DNA of 64,000 nt from Escherichia coli (GTDB lineage Bacteria > Pseudomonadota > Gammaproteobacteria > Enterobacterales > Enterobacteriaceae). A program made the translations under genes and the position numbers. The notes beneath the pieces were generated by a model that was given only the letters and a program-made list of their open reading frames with translations, searched no databases and was not told the DNA's origin. The stretch lies in the NCBI RefSeq assembly GCF_003790525.1, contig NZ_CP033635.1; one strand, given 5' to 3'. Positions 1-13,091 of the stretch are shown here, one piece after another. Within the stretch, counting starts at the first letter, position 1. The number at the start of each line of letters is the position of its first letter.

Positions 1-3265
<3,265 letters not shown>

Positions 3266-3428
3266 TTAAACGGCTTAACAAAAATCCAGTAATATGGATT
3301 AAAAAGCAGACTAAACCCCAAATATTTCTTATGTTTTACTTTAGACCTATTCACAGCGGTTATTGTGTGCAAATACGCCTCTTGTTACAACCTTAACCCC
3401 AATGACCGATTTTCGGGAGAGCGACACC

Positions 3429-4067
3429 ATGAGTTTATTTGATAAAAAGCATCTGGTTTCCCCCGCCGATGCCCTGCCTGGACGTAACACCCCGATGCCC
3501 GTAGCCACGCTGCATGCGGTCAACGGTCACTCAATGACCAATGTACCTGACGGAATGGAGATTGCCATTTTTGCGATGGGTTGTTTCTGGGGTGTGGAGC
3601 GTCTGTTCTGGCAGTTACCCGGCGTTTACAGCACCGCCGCAGGCTATACCGGCGGCTATACGCCAAATCCGACTTATCGGGAAGTGTGCTCCGGCGATAC
3701 TGGCCATGCCGAAGCGGTGCGCATTGTTTACGATCCATCCGTCATCAGCTATGAGCAGTTGCTACAAGTATTTTGGGAGAATCACGATCCCGCCCAGGGA
3801 ATGCGTCAGGGCAATGACCACGGTACGCAGTATCGTTCAGCGATTTATCCTCTGACCCCAGAACAGGATGCCGCCGCTCGCGCCAGTCTGGAACGTTTTC
3901 AGGCGGCGATGCTTGCCGCCGATGACGATCGTCGCATCACCACGGAAATCGCTAACGCCACACCGTTTTATTATGCCGAAGATGACCACCAGCAATATCT
4001 GCATAAAAACCCGTATGGTTACTGTGGAATTTGCGGAATTGGCGTCTGTCTGCCGCCGGAAGCATAG
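3429..4067 (+). CDS. msrA: Peptide methionine sulfoxide reductase MsrA
   Basis: Internal start [12 protein letters not shown]... gives 212 aa; GCFWG active-site motif; the longer track ORF from 3363 is rejected as a 5' extension. Confidence 0.93.
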   Translation: MSLFDKKHLVSPADALPGRNTPMPVATLHAVNGHSMTNVPDGMEIAIFAMGCFWGVERLFWQLPGVYSTAAGYTGGYTPNPTYREVCSGDTGHAEAVRIVYDPSVISYEQLLQVFWENHDPAQGMRQGNDHGTQYRSAIYPLTPEQDAAARASLERFQAAMLAADDDRRITTEIANATPFYYAEDDHQQYLHKNPYGYCGICGIGVCLPPEA

Positions 4068-4107
4068 CGTTACGGGTACAAATGTAGATTGTTGATAAAG
4101 TGCTATT

Positions 4108-4211
4108 TGTCTATGCCGGATGCGGCGTAAACGCCTTACCAGGCCTACAAAATCGTCCAAAATCAATAAATTGTGGGGACTGCGTAGGCCTGTTCGGCAT
4201 AGCGCATCAGC
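4108..4211. repeat. REP/BIME palindromic repeats (two inverted REP units)
   Basis: gccggatgcggcgtaaacgccttaccaggcctac followed by an inverted gtaggcctgttcggcatagcgcatcag unit; typical enterobacterial REP in an intergenic position. Confidence 0.6.
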
Positions 4212-4389
4212 CAGTTTTTCATTTTTCAGCTGTCTGAATTTTAACCCTCTGGCGGCTTTACAGTACCTTACGCTATACTAGCCACTGAAAATGCCGGTTC
4301 ACTTTCTTCGAATCGGCTTTCAATGTGTATTTCACACAAATTAATCAACTTCCCCTTCCGAGGATCTGGCCTGAAAGGTCGGATAAGAT

Positions 4390-5733
4390 ATGTTAAACAG
4401 TATTTTAGTCATACTCTGTTTGATCGCTGTAAGTGCGTTCTTCTCGATGTCCGAGATCTCGCTTGCCGCCTCACGCAAAATCAAACTTAAACTGCTGGCT
4501 GATGAAGGCAATATAAATGCCCAACGCGTTCTGAATATGCAGGAAAATCCCGGCATGTTCTTTACCGTGGTCCAAATCGGTCTGAACGCAGTGGCGATTC
4601 TCGGCGGTATCGTCGGTGATGCGGCATTTTCTCCAGCTTTTCACAGCCTGTTCTCCCGCTATATGTCGGCAGAACTCTCTGAGCAACTGAGCTTTATTCT
4701 CTCTTTCTCGTTAGTGACTGGCATGTTTATCCTGTTTGCGGATTTAACCCCGAAACGCATCGGTATGATTGCGCCAGAAGCTGTGGCTTTGCGTATCATC
4801 AACCCGATGCGCTTCTGCCTGTACGTTTGCACCCCGCTGGTGTGGTTCTTCAACGGACTGGCGAACATAATCTTCCGTATTTTCAAACTGCCAATGGTAC
4901 GTAAAGATGACATCACTTCTGATGACATCTACGCGGTAGTGGAAGCCGGTGCGCTGGCAGGCGTGTTACGTAAACAGGAACACGAGCTGATTGAAAACGT
5001 CTTTGAGCTGGAATCCCGTACCGTTCCGTCTTCAATGACACCGCGTGAAAACGTGATTTGGTTTGATCTCCACGAAGATGAGCAAAGTCTGAAGAATAAG
5101 GTGGCGGAACATCCGCACTCTAAGTTTCTCGTCTGTAATGAAGATATTGACCACATCATCGGATATGTCGATTCTAAAGACCTGCTGAACCGCGTGCTGG
5201 CTAACCAAAGCCTGGCACTGAACAGCGGCGTACAAATTCGCAACACGCTGATTGTGCCGGATACGTTAACCCTTTCAGAAGCGTTGGAAAGTTTTAAAAC
5301 CGCAGGTGAAGACTTCGCGGTGATCATGAACGAGTACGCGCTGGTAGTGGGGATCATCACCCTCAACGACGTGATGACCACGCTGATGGGCGATCTGGTC
5401 GGTCAGGGGCTGGAAGAGCAGATTGTCGCCCGTGATGAGAACTCATGGCTGATTGACGGCGGCACCCCGATTGACGACGTCATGCGCGTGCTGGATATTG
5501 ACGAGTTCCCGCAGTCGGGCAACTACGAAACCATCGGCGGCTTTATGATGTTTATGCTGCGTAAGATCCCGAAACGCACCGATTCGGTGAAATTCGCCGG
5601 CTACAAATTTGAAGTGGTGGATATCGATAACTACCGTATCGACCAACTGCTGGTGACCCGGATCGACAGCAAGGCCACCGCCCTTTCGCCAAAACTGCCT
5701 GACGCTAAAGATAAAGAAGAAAGCGTCGCGTAA
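4390..5733 (+). CDS. ytfL: UPF0053 inner-membrane protein YtfL (CNNM/TlyC-type, CBS domains)
   Basis: 447-aa ORF with N-terminal TM segments and C-terminal CBS-like region; recognised as YtfL. Confidence 0.92.
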   Translation: MLNSILVILCLIAVSAFFSMSEISLAASRKIKLKLLADEGNINAQRVLNMQENPGMFFTVVQIGLNAVAILGGIVGDAAFSPAFHSLFSRYMSAELSEQLSFILSFSLVTGMFILFADLTPKRIGMIAPEAVALRIINPMRFCLYVCTPLVWFFNGLANIIFRIFKLPMVRKDDITSDDIYAVVEAGALAGVLRKQEHELIENVFELESRTVPSSMTPRENVIWFDLHEDEQSLKNKVAEHPHSKFLVCNEDIDHIIGYVDSKDLLNRVLANQSLALNSGVQIRNTLIVPDTLTLSEALESFKTAGEDFAVIMNEYALVVGIITLNDVMTTLMGDLVGQGLEEQIVARDENSWLIDGGTPIDDVMRVLDIDEFPQSGNYETIGGFMMFMLRKIPKRTDSVKFAGYKFEVVDIDNYRIDQLLVTRIDSKATALSPKLPDAKDKEESVA

Positions 5734-5750
5734 CCCCCAGAAACATCAAC

Positions 5751-5778
5751 GGCTCCTGAATCAGGAGCCGTCTTATTA
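5751..5778 (+). terminator. Hairpin terminator downstream of ytfL (possibly bidirectional with ytfK)
   Basis: ggctcctgaatcaggagcc perfect stem-loop followed by a T-rich tract (gtcttatt). Confidence 0.55.
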
Positions 5779-5794
5779 CTGCATAGCACTTTGG

Positions 5795-6001
5795 TTAAGC
5801 CATCTCTGTTTGCAGACGCATAACCTGACGGTTAACTTCGGACATCACTGACAAATGCAGCTTATCCTTCACTTTTGGGATAAGAATCTTACCCTTATCA
5901 AATTCAAAAGCGCCAACGTCCTTGATGTATAACCGTCCACGGAACAGGATCTTTACGTACTTCGCCACCTGAAGTGGGTTGTACCGTTGGAAAATTTTCA
6001 T
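5795..6001 (-). CDS. ytfK: Small protein YtfK (DUF1107)
   Basis: Internal start [17 protein letters not shown]... gives 68 aa; upstream extension in the track ORF rejected. Confidence 0.88.
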
Positions 6002-6325
6002 TGTTATCTCCTGCTGAGTATTACGCCTGTGCGGTGCCACAATCGGCCCAACGATTATGAGGCGCAAATTTTAATGCCTAGTGACTATAGACTATCCGGG
6101 CAATGTTTCCACCGCGTATAACTTTTTTTACCTAAAGGTTACAATTATTCAGAATTATCTTTTTACCGAAGCGCGGTCTTCAGTATAAGCATTCATTTTT
6201 CATATGATTTGTGCGCTTGACCGCAAACTGGCATCACACTTGCGGGAAATTCGATAAATAGCACATATGATTAAAACTCAGACCCAAGTGGTCGGATCAC
6301 CTGCATATCATAAGAAGGAAACACC

Positions 6326-6883
6326 ATGACCCTACGCAAGATTCTGGCACTCACCTGCCTGCTGTTGCCGATGATGGCTTCCGCACATCAGTTCGAAACC
6401 GGTCAGCGAGTGCCGCCGATTGGCATCACCGATCGTGGCGAGTTGGTGCTTGATAAAGATCAGTTTAGCTACAAAACCTGGAACAGCGCGCAGTTAGTGG
6501 GAAAAGTGCGAGTACTGCAACATATTGCTGGTCGCACCTCTGCAAAAGAGAAAAACGCGACGCTGATTGAAGCGATTAAATCAGCAAAGTTACCGCACGA
6601 TCGTTACCAGACCACCACCATTGTTAACACCGACGACGCAATTCCGGGTTCCGGCATGTTTGTGCGCAGCAGTCTGGAGAGTAATAAAAAGCTTTATCCC
6701 TGGTCGCAGTTTATTGTTGATAGCAATGGCGTCGCACGCGGTGCCTGGCAGCTGGATGAAAAAAGTTCCGCTGTAGTGGTGCTGGATAAAGACGGTCGCG
6801 TGCAATGGGCCAAAGACGGGGCGCTTACTCAGGAAGAGGTGCAGCAAGTGATGGACCTGCTGCATAAATTAATTAATAAATAG
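6326..6883 (+). CDS. ytfJ: Periplasmic protein YtfJ
   Basis: 185-aa ORF with signal peptide [20 protein letters not shown]; recognised as YtfJ. Confidence 0.9.
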   Translation: MTLRKILALTCLLLPMMASAHQFETGQRVPPIGITDRGELVLDKDQFSYKTWNSAQLVGKVRVLQHIAGRTSAKEKNATLIEAIKSAKLPHDRYQTTTIVNTDDAIPGSGMFVRSSLESNKKLYPWSQFIVDSNGVARGAWQLDEKSSAVVVLDKDGRVQWAKDGALTQEEVQQVMDLLHKLINK

Positions 6884-7613
6884 ACACTCTGAACCCCGGA
6901 TTCAGGAACGACTCGCGCGGAGTGTAATCCAGCGGTTTACCCTGCCAGTCGTGAACGTGCGCTCCGGCAGCCGCAGCCACAGCATGACCAGCGGCGGTAT
7001 CCCAAATATTCGTTGGCCCGAAACGCGGGTACAGCTGCGCCTGTCCTTCCGCCACCAGGCAGAATTTCAGCGAAGAGCCGATGGACGTGGTCTGATGTTC
7101 GCCAAGCTGTTGCAGATACTCTTTCAGCTCCGCATCTGCATGGGAACGGCTGATCACCACCAGCGGCGGGCGCGCATCGCGGACCTGAATCTGCTTGCGC
7201 ACACCGCACTCTTCTTTCCAGGCTTTGCCTTCTGCCGCGCTGTACATTACGTTCATTACCGGCGCATACACCACACCTAAAATCGGTTTGCCGTGGTCGA
7301 TGAGCGCAATGTTAACGGTGAATTCGCCATTACGTTTAATAAACTCTTTAGTACCATCCAGCGGGTCTACCAGCCAGTAACGCTGCCAGTGCTGACGGAC
7401 TTCCCAACCGGGAGGATCTTCTTCAGAAAGGACCGGAATATCCGGTGTCAGCGTACGTAAACCGTCCATGATAACGGTGTGTGCGGCAATATCCGCTGCC
7501 GTTACCGGAGAATTGTCCGCTTTGCTGACGACGTCCATCGGTTTCGTCCCGTCGTAGACCTGCATAATGGCATCGCCTGCATTCCGTGCAAGCTGGCATA
7601 CTTGATCTAACAT
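6873..7613 (-). CDS. cysQ: 3'(2'),5'-bisphosphate nucleotidase CysQ
   Basis: 246-aa [23 protein letters not shown]...; inositol-monophosphatase family motifs (WLVDPLDGT). Confidence 0.94.
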   Translation of the reverse strand: MLDQVCQLARNAGDAIMQVYDGTKPMDVVSKADNSPVTAADIAAHTVIMDGLRTLTPDIPVLSEEDPPGWEVRQHWQRYWLVDPLDGTKEFIKRNGEFTVNIALIDHGKPILGVVYAPVMNVMYSAAEGKAWKEECGVRKQIQVRDARPPLVVISRSHADAELKEYLQQLGEHQTTSIGSSLKFCLVAEGQAQLYPRFGPTNIWDTAAGHAVAAAAGAHVHDWQGKPLDYTPRESFLNPGFRVSIY

Positions 7614-7802
7614 TTCTCCACCTCGTCTCTGTGAGCGGTGTTAACTTATTGTTTTACTTATACCCTATCGTTAATGAATGCGCCAACTGTGATAGTGTCA
7701 TCATTTTCAAAGCGTAAAATTGTGGCATTCTTCACTGTTCTATAAGTAATACGTTTATTCTCCCTTTTCTTTCGTATTCCCGATGATAAAAGGATGTCCC
7801 TG

Positions 7803-9746
7803 ATGATTAAGTTTAGCGCAACGCTCCTGGCCACGCTGATTGCCGCCAGTGTGAATGCAGCGACGGTCGATCTGCGTATCATGGAAACCACTGATCTGCA
7901 TAGCAACATGATGGATTTCGATTATTACAAAGACACCGCCACGGAAAAATTCGGACTGGTACGTACGGCAAGCCTGATTAATGATGCCCGCAATGAAGTG
8001 AAAAACAGCGTACTGGTCGATAACGGCGATTTGATTCAGGGGAGTCCGCTGGCAGATTACATGTCGGCGAAAGGATTAAAAGCAGGTGATATTCACCCGG
8101 TCTATAAGGCATTAAATACGCTGGACTATACCGTCGGCACGCTTGGCAACCATGAGTTTAACTACGGTCTGGATTACCTGAAAAATGCGCTGGCGGGAGC
8201 GAAATTCCCTTATGTAAATGCCAACGTCATTGACGCCAGAACCAAACAGCCAATGTTTACACCGTATTTAATTAAAGACACCGAAGTGGTCGATAAAGAC
8301 GGAAAAAAACAGACGCTGAAGATTGGCTATATTGGCGTCGTACCGCCGCAAATCATGGGCTGGGATAAAGCTAATTTATCCGGGAAAGTGACGGTGAATG
8401 ATATTACCGAAACCGTGCGCAAATACGTGCCTGAAATGCGCGAGAAAGGTGCCGATGTCGTTGTCGTTCTGGCGCATTCCGGGCTGTCTGCCGATCCGTA
8501 TAAAGTGATGGCGGAAAACTCAGTTTATTACCTCAGTGAAATTCCGGGCGTTAACGCCATTATGTTTGGCCATGCTCACGCCGTTTTCCCGGGTAAAGAT
8601 TTTGCTGATATCGAAGGAGCTGATATCGCGAAAGGCACGCTGAATGGTGTTCCGGCGGTAATGCCAGGCATGTGGGGCGATCATCTTGGTGTGGTCGACT
8701 TACAACTCAGTAATGACAGCGGTAAATGGCAGGTAACACAGGCGAAAGCGGAAGCACGACCGATTTACGACATCGCTAATAAAAAATCCCTCGCGGCGGA
8801 AGACAGCAAGCTGGTAGAAACACTCAAAGCCGATCACGATGCCACACGCCAGTTCGTCAGCAAGCCAATCGGTAAATCTGCCGACAATATGTATAGCTAT
8901 CTGGCACTGGTGCAGGACGATCCGACCGTGCAGGTGGTGAACAACGCGCAAAAAGCGTATGTCGAGCATTACATTCAGGGCGATCCGGATCTGGCAAAAC
9001 TGCCAGTGCTTTCAGCTGCCGCACCGTTTAAAGTTGGTGGTCGCAAAAATGACCCGGCAAGCTATGTGGAGGTGGAAAAAGGTCAGCTGACTTTCCGTAA
9101 TGCCGCCGATCTTTATCTCTACCCCAATACGCTGATTGTGGTGAAAGCCAGCGGTAAAGAGGTGAAAGAGTGGCTGGAATGCTCTGCCGGACAGTTTAAC
9201 CAGATTGATCCTAACAGCACGAAACCACAGTCACTCATTAACTGGGATGGTTTCCGCACTTATAACTTTGATGTGATTGATGGTGTGAATTATCAGATTG
9301 ATGTTACCCAGCCCGCCCGTTATGACGGCGAGTGCCAGATGATTAATGCCAATGCGGAAAGGATTAAGAACCTGACCTTTAACGGCAAGCCGATTGATCC
9401 GAACGCCATGTTCCTCGTTGCCACCAATAACTATCGCGCTTACGGCGGCAAATTTGCCGGTACGGGCGACAGCCATATCGCTTTTGCTTCACCGGATGAG
9501 AACCGCTCGGTGCTGGCAGCGTGGATTGCTGATGAGTCGAAACGTGCGGGGGAAATTCACCCGGCGGCAGATAACAACTGGCGTTTAGCACCGATAGCCG
9601 GCGATAAGAAACTGGATATCCGTTTCGAAACCTCTCCGTCAGATAAAGCCGCAGCGTTTATTAAAGAAAAAGGGCAGTATCCGATGAATAAAGTCGCGAC
9701 CGATGATATCGGGTTTGCAATTTATCAGGTGGATCTGAGTAAGTAA
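7803..9746 (+). CDS. cpdB: 2',3'-cyclic-nucleotide 2'-phosphodiesterase / 3'-nucleotidase CpdB
   Basis: Start at [19 protein letters not shown] (signal peptide) gives 647 aa; calcineurin-like and 5'-nucleotidase motifs (GNHEF). Confidence 0.93.
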
Positions 9747-9789
9747 TACACTTCTTTTTCGGCCTGCAAATCATCAACCGCATCCGGCA

Positions 9790-9874
9790 TTTATTGGCGG
9801 ATGCGATGCTGACGCATCTTATCCGCCCTACAAGCCATGAACCTTAGTCCGGATAAGCGCAGCGCATCCGGCAG
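9790..9874. repeat. REP palindromic repeats
   Basis: ggcggatgcgatgctgacgcatcttatccgccctaca and ccggataagcgcagcgcatccggcag between the cpdB and ytfH 3' ends. Confidence 0.5.
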
Positions 9875-10255
9875 TTATGCCGCACGTTCATCCCGCACCG
9901 CTAACACCTCGGGCAAATTCAACTCAATCCAGTCCGCCAGTGCAGCAACCTTTTCGCTCACCTGCTCGCCCAGCGGCGTGAGGCTATATTCCACATGCGG
10001 CGGCACCACCGGATACGCGATACGGTTAAGAAAACCATCCTGTTCTAATGCCTGTAACGACTGCGCAAGCATCTTTTCACTCACCCCGCCCATTTTGCGC
10101 CGCAGGTCGCTAAAGCGATGAGTACCTTCGCGTAGCGCCACCAGAATCAACACCCCCCAACGGCTGGTGACGTGTTTCAACACCTCGCGCGACGGGCACT
10201 GTTCGGCGAAGAGGTTACCCTCTTTCAGTTGTTGCGACAGGCTAACCTGACTCAT
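9875..10255 (-). CDS. ytfH: HxlR-type transcriptional regulator YtfH
   Basis: Start at MSQVSLSQQLKEGNLFAEQCP... gives 126 aa; winged-helix HxlR family; track ORF 5' extension rejected. Confidence 0.88.
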   Translation of the reverse strand: MSQVSLSQQLKEGNLFAEQCPSREVLKHVTSRWGVLILVALREGTHRFSDLRRKMGGVSEKMLAQSLQALEQDGFLNRIAYPVVPPHVEYSLTPLGEQVSEKVAALADWIELNLPEVLAVRDERAA

Positions 10256-10278
10256 TTCATACTTACCTTTTTGTACGT

Positions 10279-10295
10279 ACTTACTAAAAGTAAGT
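10279..10295. promoter_or_regulatory. Operator-like palindrome in the ytfH/qorB divergent promoter region
   Basis: ACTTAC-TAAAA-GTAAGT (6-bp perfect inverted arms, 5-bp AT spacer) between the divergent starts at 10255 and 10344. Assignment as a YtfH operator is inference. Confidence 0.35.
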
Positions 10296-10343
10296 TTAGG
10301 TGGTAGCGTATTTAAACACAAGACAAACCGATGGAGGCTTCCC

Positions 10344-11204
10344 ATGATCGCAATTACCGGCGCAACCGGCCAACTTGGTCACTATGTTATTGAATCCTTG
10401 ATGAAAACGGTTCCTGCCAGCCAAATAGTGGCTATCGTTCGTAATCCGGCAAAAGCCCAGGCACTGACAGCACAAGGCATTACCGTGCGTCAGGCTGATT
10501 ACGGCGATGAAGCCGCACTGACATCTGCGCTTCAGGGAGTGGAAAAACTACTGCTGATCTCTTCCAGCGAAGTGGGTCAACGTGCCCCGCAGCATCGTAA
10601 TGTTATTAATGCCGCAAAGGCGGCTGGTGTGAAATTTATCGCTTATACCAGTCTGCTTCACGCGGATAAATCTCCGCTCGGCCTCGCCGATGAGCACATT
10701 GAGACGGAGAAAATGTTGGCTGATTCTGGCATCGTTTACACCCTGCTGCGCAACGGCTGGTACAGCGAAAACTACCTCGCCAGCGCCCCGGCAGCACTGA
10801 AACACGGCGTATTTATCGGTGCGGCGGGCGATGGCAAAATCGCCTCAGCAACGCGGGCAGATTATGCGGCAGCTGCGGCACGCGTGATTAGCGAAGCAGG
10901 TCACGAAGGCAAGGTTTATGAACTGGCAGGTGATAGCGCCTGGACACTGACACAGTTAGCGGCGGAACTCACCAAACAGAGCGGCAAACAGGTTACCTAT
11001 CAAAATCTGAGTGAAGCTGATTTCGCCGCGGCACTGAAAAGCGTCGGACTGCCTGACGGACTGGCGGATATGCTGGCGGATTCTGACGTTGGCGCATCGA
11101 AAGGTGGTCTGTTTGATAACAGCAAAACGCTTAGCAAATTGATTGGCCGCCCAACGACAACGTTAGCCGAAAGCGTAAGCCATCTTTTTAATGTTAATAA
11201 CTAG
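10344..11204 (+). CDS. qorB: NAD(P)H:quinone oxidoreductase QorB (YtfG), NmrA-like
   Basis: 286-aa ORF MIAITGATGQLGHYVIESL... with Rossmann GxxGxxG. Confidence 0.92.
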   Translation: MIAITGATGQLGHYVIESLMKTVPASQIVAIVRNPAKAQALTAQGITVRQADYGDEAALTSALQGVEKLLLISSSEVGQRAPQHRNVINAAKAAGVKFIAYTSLLHADKSPLGLADEHIETEKMLADSGIVYTLLRNGWYSENYLASAPAALKHGVFIGAAGDGKIASATRADYAAAAARVISEAGHEGKVYELAGDSAWTLTQLAAELTKQSGKQVTYQNLSEADFAAALKSVGLPDGLADMLADSDVGASKGGLFDNSKTLSKLIGRPTTTLAESVSHLFNVNN

Positions 11205-11311
11205 TTAATTAAAGTGGCATCCTCCCGCATCCTCTCTGATAATGACGGGATGCCGGGAGCAATCATGTCTGCTTCCTGAACTTTCTTCTGACAGATCAAT
11301 GGATGCCAGTA

Positions 11312-12277
11312 ATGATTAGCGGCGTGCTGTACGCCCTATTAGCAGGGTTGATGTGGGGGCTTATTTTTGTCGGGCCGTTGATCGTGCCGGAATACCCGGC
11401 GATGTTGCAGTCGATGGGGCGTTATCTGGCGTTAGGGTTAATTGCGCTACCCATTGCCTGGCTGGGACGCGTGCGTCTGCGTCAGTTGGCGCGTCGCGAC
11501 TGGCTTACCGCCTTGATGCTCACTATGATGGGCAACCTCATCTATTACTTCTGCCTTGCCAGTGCCATTCAACGTACTGGCGCGCCTGTTTCCACGATGA
11601 TTATCGGCACCCTGCCGGTGGTGATTCCCGTTTTTGCCAATCTGCTTTATAGCCAGCGCGACGGCAAACTCGCGTGGGGAAAACTCGCCCCGGCACTGAT
11701 TTGTATTGGCATCGGCCTGGCGTGTGTGAATATTGCTGAGTTAAACCACGGACTCCCCGATTTTGACTGGGCACGTTATACCTCAGGCATCGTGCTAGCG
11801 TTAGTTTCCGTGGTCTGCTGGGCATGGTATGCCCTGCGCAACGCCCGCTGGCTGCGGGAAAATCCCGACAAACATCCAATGATGTGGGCGACGGCGCAGG
11901 CGCTGGTCACGCTGCCGGTTTCTCTCATCGGCTATCTCGTCGCCTGTTACTGGCTGAATATGCAAACGCCGGACTTCTCCTTACCCTTTGGCCCCCGTCC
12001 GCTGGTGTTTATTAGTCTGATGGTTGCGATAGCCGTGCTTTGCTCATGGGTTGGCGCACTCTGCTGGAACGTCGCCAGCCAGCGATTACCGACAGTGATT
12101 CTCGGGCCGCTGATTGTTTTCGAAACGCTGGCAGGTTTGCTGTACACCTTTTTACTCCGCCAGCAAATGCCGCCGCTAATGACGCTGAGCGGTATCGCGC
12201 TGTTAGTGATTGGCGTGGTCATCGCGGTCAGAGCAAAACCAGAAAAACCTTTAACTGAATCTGTCTCAGAAAGTTGA
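11312..12277 (+). CDS. ytfF: Inner-membrane protein YtfF (DMT/EamA-type transporter)
   Basis: Polytopic membrane ORF; start placed at MISGVLYALLAG (321 aa). An ATG three codons upstream (11303) is equally possible. Confidence 0.85.
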   Translation: MISGVLYALLAGLMWGLIFVGPLIVPEYPAMLQSMGRYLALGLIALPIAWLGRVRLRQLARRDWLTALMLTMMGNLIYYFCLASAIQRTGAPVSTMIIGTLPVVIPVFANLLYSQRDGKLAWGKLAPALICIGIGLACVNIAELNHGLPDFDWARYTSGIVLALVSVVCWAWYALRNARWLRENPDKHPMMWATAQALVTLPVSLIGYLVACYWLNMQTPDFSLPFGPRPLVFISLMVAIAVLCSWVGALCWNVASQRLPTVILGPLIVFETLAGLLYTFLLRQQMPPLMTLSGIALLVIGVVIAVRAKPEKPLTESVSES

Positions 12278-12335
12278 CACGCTGGCAGTGAGTTAAATAA
12301 GCCTCTGCTACGTAAGGGTTATAGCTTTTGCCTTA

Positions 12336-12358
12336 AAGATGCATTTAAAATGCATCTT
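12336..12358. promoter_or_regulatory. NsrR operator in the ytfE promoter
   Basis: AAGATGCATTT-A-AAATGCATCTT, a perfect 11-1-11 palindrome about 27 bp upstream of the ytfE ATG; matches the known NsrR box. Confidence 0.8.
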
Positions 12359-12384
12359 ATCTTATTAAGAATGAGGTATCAGCT

Positions 12385-13047
12385 ATGGCTTATCGCGACC
12401 AACCTTTAGGTGAACTGGCGCTCTCTATTCCTCGCGCTTCGGCTCTGTTTCGTAAATATGATATGGATTACTGCTGTGGCGGTAAGCAGACGCTGGCGCG
12501 CGCGGCGGCACGTAAAGAACTGGATGTTGACGTCATTGAAGCCGAACTGGCAAAGCTTGCTGAACAACCGATTGAGAAAGACTGGCGTAGCGCCCCGCTG
12601 GCGGAAATCATCGACCACATTATTGTGCGCTATCACGATCGCCATCGCGAGCAGCTGCCGGAGCTGATCCTGCAAGCGACTAAAGTCGAGCGCGTTCACG
12701 CCGACAAACCAAGTGTGCCAAAAGGGCTGACAAAATACCTGACTATGCTGCATGAAGAGCTTTCCAGCCATATGATGAAAGAAGAGCAAATTCTCTTCCC
12801 GATGATCAAACAAGGCATGGGCAGCCAGGCAATGGGGCCAATCAGCGTAATGGAAAGCGAGCACGATGAAGCGGGCGAACTGCTGGAAGTGATCAAACAC
12901 ACCACCAATAACGTCACACCGCCGCCGGAAGCCTGCACCACCTGGAAAGCGATGTATAACGGCATTAATGAACTGATTGATGACCTGATGGAGCACATCA
13001 GTCTGGAAAACAATGTACTATTCCCGCGCGCGCTGGCGGGTGAGTGA
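12385..13047 (+). CDS. ytfE: Iron-sulfur cluster repair di-iron protein YtfE (RIC)
   Basis: 220-aa [36 protein letters not shown]...; hemerythrin-like motifs. Confidence 0.94.
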   Translation: MAYRDQPLGELALSIPRASALFRKYDMDYCCGGKQTLARAAARKELDVDVIEAELAKLAEQPIEKDWRSAPLAEIIDHIIVRYHDRHREQLPELILQATKVERVHADKPSVPKGLTKYLTMLHEELSSHMMKEEQILFPMIKQGMGSQAMGPISVMESEHDEAGELLEVIKHTTNNVTPPPEACTTWKAMYNGINELIDDLMEHISLENNVLFPRALAGE

Positions 13048-13054
13048 TTTGTTC

Positions 13055-13090
13055 GATCAACGATCCTGACATGGGCAGGATCGTTGATTA
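13055..13090. terminator. Hairpin between convergent ytfE and the accessory ORF
   Basis: tcaacgatcct-gacatgggc-aggatcgttga stem-loop (11-bp arms) immediately after the ytfE stop; weak T-tract. Confidence 0.5.
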
Positions 13091-13091
13091 T

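Noticed and set aside
12406-12996. 196-aa minus-strand ORF
   Set aside because: Antisense to ytfE; ytfE on the plus strand is supported by its NsrR operator and known sequence.
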